A DNA stretch of 64,000 nt from Bigelowiella natans CCMP2755 (Eukaryota; Protista; Cercozoa): NCBI GenBank assembly GCA_000320545.1, contig ADNK01000505.1, forward strand, positions 31,597 through 95,596. Reading direction: 5' to 3'. Numbering within the stretch: position 1 is the stretch's first letter; every line of letters starts with the position of its first letter. Both the position numbers and the translations under genes were made by a program. The notes beneath the pieces are model-generated. The model searched no databases. It was not told where the DNA came from and saw only the letters and a list, made by a program, of their open reading frames with translations. This document shows, piece by piece, positions 53,494-64,000 of this stretch.

Positions 53494-54207
53494 TTCAAGT
53501 TAGATGCTTTTGCAACAAGTAGTGAATAATAAATTAGTCTCACCATTGAAGCGATCATGAAGGTAACCCATACCGCGAAGAGTACTTTTGAGATCGTAGT
53601 AGACTGCCGTTGGTTGCCATTTCGGTGTTTTGGGTGCATTTCATTTGCTGATGCTGCTGCTGTAGTGTTTATTTACCAAGCAGCAGCAGCAGCCAGCAGG
53701 TAGACGAGCAGAGCAGAGGAAGGAGCAATGGGGGCGGGTGGGGGTGATGCGTGCAGACAGTGACGACTTCTTGCTCCACTCCGATGCTTCTCTTGTTGTT
53801 TCTTGCCGACTTTTTCCATCAAATCTGAGGCGATTTTGAACATACGACAACCTGATATCTCGAAATATCGGTGGAATTGGAGGGGAATTTGATCGTGCGA
53901 CAACAACATCAACAACAAATAAAAGAGACTACTAAGTTCCCCCACCCGGAACATTGAAGCCTTTACGTGGGGTTTTGGGGGCAGCATCTGAGGAGGAAAA
54001 GGAGGAAAGCATCAATGTTCCCCCGAAATACTGCAAGGAAAACTAGCACTACTATCATAGTGAACTAATATCACATACTGTGATGATGATGCAAAGAAGG
54101 AGAAGGATCTTGTTGTATGTATATGCCAACCACCTTTATTCGAATTGCAAGAGGTAATAACGAATTTAAGTGAAATATTGCCAAGATTTGGAGGAGTACA
54201 GTGTGCG

Positions 54208-55485
54208 ATGGTGACGACCCTAATGATTATTACAAAATTTGGGTCCTGCTGCTGTCTAAGAAGGAGGAAAGCTAGCAGCATTTCTCTCACACTTCCTACT
54301 ACTTTTGGAGTAGGGGTTATGCTTATTCTTGCATGCTACAGGGCTGCTGCCTATCAATTCAACGAGAACAATCTTCTGGATTCATATCCAAACAGGGATA
54401 TCTTCTTTACTTCCTTCTCCTCTTCCTCTTTTTTAGGTGGTAGTTGTTCTGATGCTATTATCTCACATCGTAACACACTACCGCCATGCTCAATCCCACT
54501 TGTGGGAGGGGGAGGAGGACAGTGCCTGTCGCTTGAAGGGGGTGGGATTGGTTCTAGATGCAATCACCGGTGCAGCAATGTCGAAAGTAATAATAATCAC
54601 ACTAATGGTGGCGGCAACATGAGTCGTCATTCACGGTTAAGGACTATGAAGATTCTTCTTCGTCGCCTTCTCTCGTCCAAGAAAACCATCCGCCGCTCAG
54701 GAGGAAGGTTTTAATCTCTATACTGATCAACAGCGTCATTGTCACTACCATTTCATCCATCTTACTCTATTATTTGGGATCATACGAATTGATGTTTGAT
54801 TGTGCTTCTCTTGTATCAGACTACGAGGAGACGATGAGCAAAAAAAGGCCGCCATCGACAACCCTAATAAAGGAAGTATATACTCCTCCTTCTTCCCATC
54901 CTATTTTACTGTCTGTCTTCCACGTGCTCTTCATACTACCAGAAAGCATGATTATAAGCTTCAAAGTAAAGCAATGTCGCAACAATCAAAACTAGCGGTA
55001 TCCTCCCCCTCCTCCCCTTCTTCGATCAGCAGCGCTATAAAACCATCACCTTTGCTTGGTATTTCCACCCCGCATTATAATCACCAGCACCATAGACTGT
55101 TGGTAATAAGAGGAGGACGAGGAAACAGCAGTTATGGAAGACAAACTGGTCGTAGAGAGCAGGAGGAGGAGGAGGAGGAGATGAAGTACTATTTATGTGA
55201 AGAAGAAGATGATAATTGGCACAGCGACAAGGAGGCAAGAAATGCAACAGAGCAACCTTCTAATCCTCATCATCATCAAGATATTGATCCACTTCTTCTT
55301 GTGTGGTTGGAGAAGAACAATGTACAAATGGAAAAAGTAAAACTCTCTCACATTGAAGGAAAGGGATTAGGAGTTATTGCAACTGAAGATATTCAAGTCA
55401 ATGAGAGTTTTTTTTCAATCCCAGTGGATTTAGCACTGACACTTGGTAATTATGTAGATCTATCTATCTGTAAATAAGAGACATG

Positions 55486-55516
<31 letters not shown>

Positions 55517-55741
55517 TGCTTATAATTGACATCATCACTTGATCACAACATAAACATAAGCTCTATTTTATGCTGCTTGCTGCACCGAAGGGGATGATAA
55601 AGATGAGAATACTACAATGTTTAGACACATTCTCTTCTATGCAGCAAAGAGGATAATAAAGATGATTATACTACAGTTTTAGATACATTCTCTTCTATGC
55701 AACAAAGAGAATAGAGGCTACAAGAACATATTCCATCCTAC

Positions 55742-55780
<39 letters not shown>

Positions 55781-56010
55781 TGAGCATTCTGAATATGGTT
55801 GAGATTGATTGTAATTTTAATATTGCAGATGATGCAGACCGAGGTCCTTTGCACAAAGCTTGGGAAAAAACATTTTTACATAATCCAGAAGTTATCTCTC
55901 TGATAAAGAAAATGATGCATAGTATACCTCTAAGTGAAAGAAGTGCTCTATGGAGACAGGTAATAATAATAGTCATAATTAATAATATCGAATATAACAA
56001 TTATGAGGCA

Positions 56011-56045
<35 letters not shown>

Positions 56046-57949
56046 CAATAATGATTTCTCTTATAACAATTATGCACCCTAAATATGTACATTAATACGT
56101 GCACATTTTCTTGTTTTTGGTATTTTCTTTTCAGGTCAAATTTTGTCTACTGTTGGTCCTATATCGACGCAAATATTGCAATCCACAAGAATACAGTTGG
56201 ATTGATACAAGCGAATATACTCAAGTCTCGGATTTCGGACCATTTTTCCTCTCACTTCCAGAGCGGTGATGATTAATGTTAAACAATGAAACAATGAGTG
56301 GTTGTATTGAATATTTGAATCGATGATCTTCCTCTCTCTCCCAACTTTGTATAATAATAATAATAATAATAACAATGATAATAGAAACAACAATAATAAT
56401 AATAACTATAAATATCTCATTCCGCCAGCACTATCACCATCACCACCACCCTCTATCCTAATTCTATACCTCATTTAAACAAAAATACACAGAATTTCGT
56501 GGTTGTATGATCTTATTCTTCTGAAACAGATACAGCGATGTTCTTTGGTGGAGTGATGATGAAATTGAATTTCTTAGAGGCACTCCTCTGTCAGTAATAA
56601 TAGATAGAAAAAGATGTTGAAAAAGACTATGACTATATTTGAAGGTGTTTCTGGTCTCTTCTTCCTCACTTCCTCCTCTTTGTATTACTATTTAGTTATG
56701 ACTATTCAGTACGACAAAGGATGGGATTAAGCCACATTCGTCGTGTCATCACACAATATCTTATTCCTCACTTCACACCACTTCACGGTGATGAAGAAGC
56801 AGCAGCTCGTCGTAGCACAGCTTACTTGTAACATCAATTCGATGCAGTGTATAAACAGTATACATACAATCACGAGAATGTTGTTGTTGGTTCTTGAGTT
56901 TGAAAGAGATTATGAGCAGTGTTGGGCAATGTTGTGAGTGATAACAATAACTAGTATAATAAGTATTGGTTTGTAGGTGTTGCAATAGTCTAGTAGTTGT
57001 AACAGTAGTAGTAGTAGTAGTAGTAGTAGTAGTTGTGGTAATGGTGGTTGTAGTAGTATACTACTTTGAGGATTCTTCATTTCAACCTGCTTTAGCAGCC
57101 TAAAGCATGAGGAAGTGATTTCCATGTTCTTTATCTGTTGCTTCTTCTTCTTATTTTTCTTCATCTCCTTTTTGTTTTTATTAGGCCTTAAGCATGAAGA
57201 ACTAATATGGGCTTGGTCGACTTTTAGATCAAGGAGTTTTGGAGATGAGGTAACTTACGATGATGAATTGATATACTTAAATTTTATGTAAGCAGAAGAG
57301 AAAAACAAAAGAGAAAATGATGGTGATGACGACGACAATGAAGCTTTGCTATCCTTTTAGCGGATTAAGTTATATTATGGTATAATAAAGTGTATGTATA
57401 TAAAAAAGCTGCTTCAGAGGTTCAAAATTATATTATGGTAAAAAGTGCATGTATATAAAAAAGATGCTTCAGAGCTCCAACAAATAACTTAAATTATATT
57501 ACCTCGTTTCATGAAATAATTTGACTTTAGAAACAAAATATTGACCTCCTGCAAATATGGTAGCATGCTGTTGCAAAGTACGCATCATTTTTTGTAATAT
57601 GTGTTATGTTTTGATCCTATGTTGTTGTCATTCACTACATCAGAGTTTAATCAAGGGCCAAGAGTTTGTATTATTGCCTATCCTCGACTATCTCAATCAT
57701 AATGTAGTACTGATGATGATGATGATGATGGTTTGATTGTAGTAAAAATTGTAGTATTATTTTCAAACAAACATCAGTGCTTACCATTCTCACCGTAATT
57801 ATTAGTTTTAAATTATAGTTTTGTATAAACAAATGATGTTGTTCAGTATTAACACCATAATTATTACAATGTGAGTAGTAGTAAAAAACTTGTCAGGTTG
57901 ATTCTCACGTGAATTGGGTGAGCAACGTAACGATTAGCAGCCCATCATT

Positions 57950-57985
<36 letters not shown>

Positions 57986-58121
57986 GATGCCAGCTGCAAT
58001 CAAGACGATGGAAAAGAGGAGAAGTGGCCGTGTATGTTATTGCTTCTACTAATATTTTTTAATGCTTCGTAATGAATGATTAGTACAGTATTATTGCATC
58101 ACTCAGCAAGAGAAGTGTAGG

Positions 58122-58160
<39 letters not shown>

Positions 58161-59137
58161 TCTTCTTTTAAAGAGCATGAATTTATCTGTGTGTATCTGA
58201 CGTTTTTGTGATACATTTCTTCATCGAAGGAAATCTTAGTATGATATTAATATGCCGTGAGAGAAACAAAACGAACACAATTGAGCTTATGTTTGAAATT
58301 TTCCAGATTGGCTATGTTGCAAAACGCCACATTTTTAAAGGTAATTTGTCTTATTGTAGTATACCTCATTCCAATATCTTTTAAGTGAAGCAGATATGTT
58401 AAGAAAAATATGGCATAGATACTATCATTTGTTGTAGTAGAAGATAGTACTAGTATGAGAAGTAGGGATTCATTCTTTCCAGAATAAAGATGATAAATGA
58501 AAAACATGAACAATAGTCGTTACATGTTTACGTCAGGAATGATGATCTAATGGTGATAACAATGATAATTTTCAATAATATATAGGTGAAGAAGTTATGA
58601 CAAGTTACGGAATCAAAGGAAATGATGTTTTGCTCAGTGGTTACGGCTTCGTTGAAGCTAACAACACGTTAGAGAATCCAGGTATGTATATTATACATTG
58701 CAATTTATTACACCATATTTATTTTAACATAAAGTTTATTGTCTGGTCCTATTTACAAAGGGTGAAAATAATAATAGCACATATGTGTATTCGTACATTA
58801 TCTTTTATCTCATTTACCAGTCTTCTTCACTGATTTTCCCAAATTTTACACCATCATATTTTCCAAAGTATCGGTATCCTCCTCCTCCTCCTTTATAAAG
58901 GGTAGTGACAGTTGGCCTTGTATTAACATAATTTCCATCAGGGGGAGAGATTCCATCACATCTTGCTGCATACATGCGAAAACCCAAGCTTTCTAATATG
59001 CGACAAGAGACCATAGAACGAGCAATGACATTCTCAAAGTAGGTGATAGGATAGAACTTGCAGCTTGTTTTCGTTCACAAATGTGAAGAGGTTACTGAGA
59101 TTATCATGATGGAGATGATAATGATGACAATGGTATA

Positions 59138-59170
<33 letters not shown>

Positions 59171-62072
59171 AATGATGATGACGATGAGGCAGCACACTGG
59201 ACGATACATATCCCTTGGCTATTAGAATATAATTATCTTTTTCTGCTGTACCAAGATCAAGAAAAGGTGAATTTTCCGCATTTGGAAAGATTAAGGTATT
59301 AATAATAAATTGTTGATGTTGATATTTATGAGTGATCGTATAGATCTGGATGCACTTTTGGTAAATTCATAGCAAAAGCTCTCACATTTATCATAATTCT
59401 AATGAGAAGAGCATGATCTCACATTAATGATAATATCACAGATACTGTGCCTTCCAGGCCCTTATCAGTATTTCCTTGATCATGATTCTTTCTCAACAAG
59501 ATCCGAACCTTGTAGCAATTACGACGAAAATGGTTTGAAAAGCCTTATGACAGTTGTGATGATGATGATGGTGATGATGATGATGAGAATGATGATGACA
59601 GCGATGCTGATGATTGTGAATAGGTAGGATGTGCACAAGGTTTTCATGCATTAGCAATACATCATTAAAATCCAACAAGTTGCTGCATCATCAATCCCTT
59701 CTACAATATGAAAATACAAACAGAAAAAGAATTTGATATCGTTTTCAATGCCATGTTCTTAGCAATTGACTTCGTATCCTACTAGTAGATGCACTTTATG
59801 CATATACTACTACTACTAACCTCTCTTTTTCAACACTTTTGTTCTTGATTTTCTACTATATCAGCGGTGTCTGTGCGAACGAAAAACATGGGAAAGTTAT
59901 CTTCTATCAGAGAAGATGCTATAACAGAATTGCACACGTTGAAGCATTTCATCCATGACTCACGCAAGCAATTGGTCCGGCTATTCAAAGAAATGCATCC
60001 ATCTTTATCAACAGATACAGCATTATCATCATCATCATCTCTTCCATTTACTAGAGGAAACTTTTTGGCTGCTAGAACCTATGTAAAAACCTATGTGAAA
60101 AAGCTTGAATCACGCATTCACAATATGACACAAAGACTAAGATTCTCATGGGGAAGAATAATGCAAATTGATACAGCTTTCAATAAGCCCATGTTCTTTT
60201 CTCATAATAATCGTCCTCATGAATATTGGAATACTACCACTACTACAAGTGTTGATGATGCAGTAGCCAATGACGCAGAAGAAGGTGGCAGTCACCGACT
60301 CTTCCTCCAAGATTTTACCAGATTAGTTAGATCATTAACACTATGCAAGAATAAGGAAGAATATCGGGTGTTAATGGAAAAGAGCAAAGAAGAAAAAGAA
60401 GAAGAAGAAGGGGTTTTCTCTGATAAATATTCAAATGAGACTGAACCTGGAAACGACGTTATATTTGAGGTTCCTATGAAGCATCTTCCTTCTCCGCACA
60501 TGTTTCATAATCGTTATCCAGAGATTTACAAGCTATTTCTCGATAGAATATCGTCATTATCACCAACCCCGACATTTTCTCCTGGAAGAAGTGGGGAGAA
60601 GAAGCATCATCATCATCACATTGACGACCCTAAGGATGATGCAAAAGAGATGATGGTGCTATTCCTCTTATATGAGTACAGTAAGGTTGTAATAAATAGC
60701 ATTTTCATATTGCATCAGAAGATACAGTCATAGTCTTGAAAGCAGCTGTGTTATATATAGTAATAGCACCAGTGTGAAGTTGGTTTTTTAAAAATAGTGC
60801 TTTCTGTGCGCACCCATCAATTATTCGACTACTTATCAGTTATCTACTACTTACTTCAAAAATACCTCATCAATATCACCATCATAACAATAATTGATAA
60901 TAATCTTCATCATCAATTCCTTATTACTAGATATATTATAATTGCACAGGGAAATAGTTCTGATCTATGGCCTCTGTTACGTGTGCTTCCAAAACCACAG
61001 TCTTCAATCCTCTACCGCATAGCAAAGCAGGTACAGGAAGATCAACCCAATCTTACTGAGGTTACATTACACTCGCTCAGAAATATCTCTTGGATCCCAG
61101 TAACATTGCAACCAGCACTCAGGGAGATATTGTTACCAAGTCTGGAACGATATCTTGCCTATTGGACCGAGGAATTATTGCCCAAAATATCACCTATGAC
61201 GACGATGGAGAGGAACACGTCGTTTGATGGATCATTAACACCATCATCATCATCATCACTGATATCCTCGAAGGCATCTTTAGCTTCATTACTAGCTCCT
61301 TTATCTTCAATGTCATTCAAAGAGAGCCCATCACCACCACCAGCAGCAGCACCAGCAGCACCAGCAGCAGCAAGAGGATCAGCTGCTTTCCTTGTAGATT
61401 TTCCTCTCTACTTGTGGGCATGCAATGTAATAAGTACTGGCACCGTTAGTAATAACTGACGAGCATAATGCTGAAAGGAAGAATAAGAAGAAGATGATGA
61501 TGATGATGATGAAAAGGAAATAAGAATGGAATTAAAAAACAGAGCTACGAGAGCATTTATCCCGAATGTAGCAGTGATTTTTTCGATTACTCGTTTCTTG
61601 TTTCTTCCTATTCTTCAACTCTGAGTGATTTTTAATTGCTGCTACATAGATAATAGACAAATGGAGCTACGGGATAGAACCACCGCTTTCATCATCATCA
61701 TCAGTATCATCATCCTTACCTTCATCTTCTTTTCGATCGTTTGGTTCTGTTCCTGGCTCATCACAACCACTTTCTTCTGATTCAAATAATGAGTCGTCTC
61801 TATTCCCAGTTTTTCTACCTTTTCCTTCCGAAGTGATTGGAGGTAGTTATGCATCCGTGGAGGAGGTACAAGCAAATAGAGGAACTACTGCTCATAATCG
61901 TGAGAATAATATCAATTATCACTATGTATTGAGGTTACGCAAGTATAGCAATACAGCAGAAGCAGCAGTAGTAGCAGCAGCAGCAGGGAACCAAAAACGA
62001 GGAGGACAAATATTTGACAATGCACGTCTTTTGTTGTTGGAAGATCAAATTTTATATGAATCGGTAAATTAG
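54208..62072 (+). CDS. SET-domain protein methyltransferase (Rubisco LSMT/SETD3/SETD6-like) with long N-terminal presequence and a probable second, degenerate SET-like module
   Basis: Exons give WLEKNNV...GKGLGVIATEDIQVNESFFSIP, FGPFFLSLPER, WSDDEIEFLRGTPLY, LIWAWSTFRSRSFG, LLPILDYLNHN and GEEVMTSYGIKGNDVLLSGYGFVEANN. Further long coding exons lie at about 59865-60685, 60950-61440 and about 61840-62072. The start and final exons are less certain. Confidence 0.85.
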
Positions 62073-62074
62073 TA

Positions 62075-63320
62075 ACCAAAATGTCTAATGTGTTGTAACT
62101 CAAACTGGATTGTATCAAATATTGATGATATTCATAAGAACTATTTCCCTTTGTATGGTGCGCTGAACAGTTGAACGATTTTATCCAAATCTCCGCCAAT
62201 GAGATTGTGTCGTGGTATCAAAATAATCATCAAGAAGAGGCCTCTTCTCTTCTTTCTCCATCCGAATCTTCACGTTGTGGCTTAATTGATTGGGATATTA
62301 CATGTAATCATACTTCTGAAACAGTCATATCAAGAAAGAAAAGGTAGGTCTACTATTCATCATTTCGAAGAGGACTCTTTGATGTGTATTGAAAATAAAT
62401 TAAAGGAATGAGAGACTGTGTGATTCGATACAATTTTCCATCTTCTCTCCAGATCGTAGTTGCAATGATGTGAATATATGTTTCTAGACTTCTTCGGAAA
62501 TCATTGGCTACTCTTGAAGAAACTCAGCACACGCATTTGATAAGGTATGAACTCATGATCGAATTCTGTGATCGACTTTGATTTGCAATGTGTCTTCATT
62601 GTTAATTCAAGGAATTTTCGAGCAGCCTCTCCAATTTCTCATCATCTGGTAACAACAAGACTTTGAAACAACATTGTATAATTTGGACACGTAACATGCA
62701 GGTTGAATTGATCCAGATTTTACATGATTCTGAAATGGAAGTGAAAGAGATTCAAGAAGGTCGTTGACTGAAATCATTGCATGCACTCCAATTGAAATTT
62801 GATGATAAGCAATCGCACACACTCCAGGGTCAGACGCCTCGCCACCATCTTGTAGAACATGGTTGAAGTTGTCTGAATATCTCGAGCATCTCTACAAGGT
62901 GCGGCCACCAATTGTTTTTTGAATGGAATTTGTAGTTTGAATTTGGGTGGTGTTCAATTGCTCGCAGGAATTGGAAAAAAATCTGAAGTCTGAATCACAC
63001 GGTAAATTAAATTTGGCCAATGTGAGATGAAGAAATCTAATGTGATGTCTTGATGCTTGAGGTAGTTGGACTGAGCAAACGAGACAAAATTTTGGCTGAA
63101 GCCATTCAATGCCTCACAGAAGAACATCTCAAAATCGTGGCATTTGCTAGGTGAGATTTTTGTCAACTTCCATTGCAGCCATTACGTGCACTGAATGTGT
63201 ACTTCTGCCATTCTGATGAGGTTGCAATTGGTCCACAATTTTGATTCAGGGAATGTTCGCTTAAGCAGCATCGCTAGAAGGGAGATCCATGGAGTTTTTG
63301 ATTCCACTCCCACTGTGCGC
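62075..63320 (-). pseudogene. Possible decayed coding sequence (transposon or viral relic) in the subtelomere
   Basis: Microsatellite-free sequence with consecutive protein-like minus-strand stretches broken by stops and frameshifts. No family recognised. Confidence 0.25.
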
Positions 63321-63829
63321 GCAATGATTCAAAACACTTGTTGCACGCAACAAAGTTTTGGACATCGCAACGACAGTGTGCTGACATTTGTGCAATCCGT
63401 GAGAACCACTACTGGTCCACAAGCCAACACACATGATGCAAAAAACGGTGTTTGCTCACTGCGATGTTCAACATCAGCATGCTAGCATTTGTGCAATGCA
63501 CATGAGCACCATCACGTGTCCAGCATCTGACACACACAACACAAAAAATGCAGATTTGCTGACAGTCCACTGCGTGCAACGTTGCCGTTTGAGACACCGC
63601 GCTATTCCTTTGCCATGCCAAATCACAAACGTTTCACAGTTCTGCAACTGTCTCAAGGAGGCACAACAATGTAAGCAGGGACACAGTAAGGAATTGGAAT
63701 TACATTTTGCCCACAATGTGCAACATTGGGCTGCGCATGACGAGCGTGGCCATGACATGAACGCACATGTGGCCAGCGCAACGTGCGTGTGCACGGAATC
63801 GATGTGATGCAAGTTTTGCGTTCAGTCTC
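62450..63829. other. TpA-depleted subtelomeric island
   Basis: TA frequency falls from normal at about 62100 to nearly none at 63280-63600 and 63710-63825. TGCA/CATG/CACA-rich. Confidence 0.78.
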
Positions 63830-64000
63830 TTAGAGTTAGGATTTGAGGTTAGGGTTAGGGTTAGGGTTAGGGTTAGGATTTGAGGGTTAGGATTTGAGGG
63901 TTAGGGTTAGGGTTAGGATTTGAGGGTTAGGGTTAGGATTTGAGGGTTAGGGTTAGGGTTAGGGTTAGGGTTAGGGTTAGGGTTAGGGTTAGGGTTAGGA
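63830..64000 (+). repeat. Telomeric array (TTAGGG)n with interspersed TTAGGATTTGAGGG variant units
   Basis: G-rich strand runs 5'->3' toward the window end, which is the correct orientation for a right chromosome end. Confidence 0.95.

Noticed and set aside
56580-56700. Apparent stop or frameshift, or an 18-nt mini-intron, in the SET gene after GTPL
   Set aside because: A normal intron (CT|GTCAGT ... TTTAG|T) gives GTPLYDYSVRQR in frame.

Overview
This is a eukaryotic chromosome end from an intron-dense, microsatellite-rich protist. The gene style (short GT-AG introns, long N-terminal presequences, TTAGGG telomere) resembles chlorarachniophyte-type algae, but this cannot be proven from the window. 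I traced eight genes exon by exon by eye: RNA polymerase I second subunit (-), ABCE1/RLI1 (+), a S/T/P-repeat type I membrane protein (-), an HDHD3-like HAD hydrolase (+), an AAAP/SLC36-38-type amino acid transporter (-), a hypothetical signal-anchored protein (+), a HELQ-like helicase (-) and a SET-domain methyltransferase (+). A telomere follows. The genes alternate strand perfectly, forming four head-to-head pairs. The main unexplained signal is a set of islands at every tail-to-tail junction, at the window start and in the subtelomere. In these islands TpA has largely been converted to CpA/TpG except in CTAG, which is enriched; one island (19630-20200) shows this only weakly. Local tandem duplications inside the islands differ mainly at TA/CA/TG sites. 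This points to a position-targeted T->C (=A->G) hypermutation or base-modification system tied to transcription-termination zones and the subtelomere. All counts are manual and exon boundaries have no RNA support.
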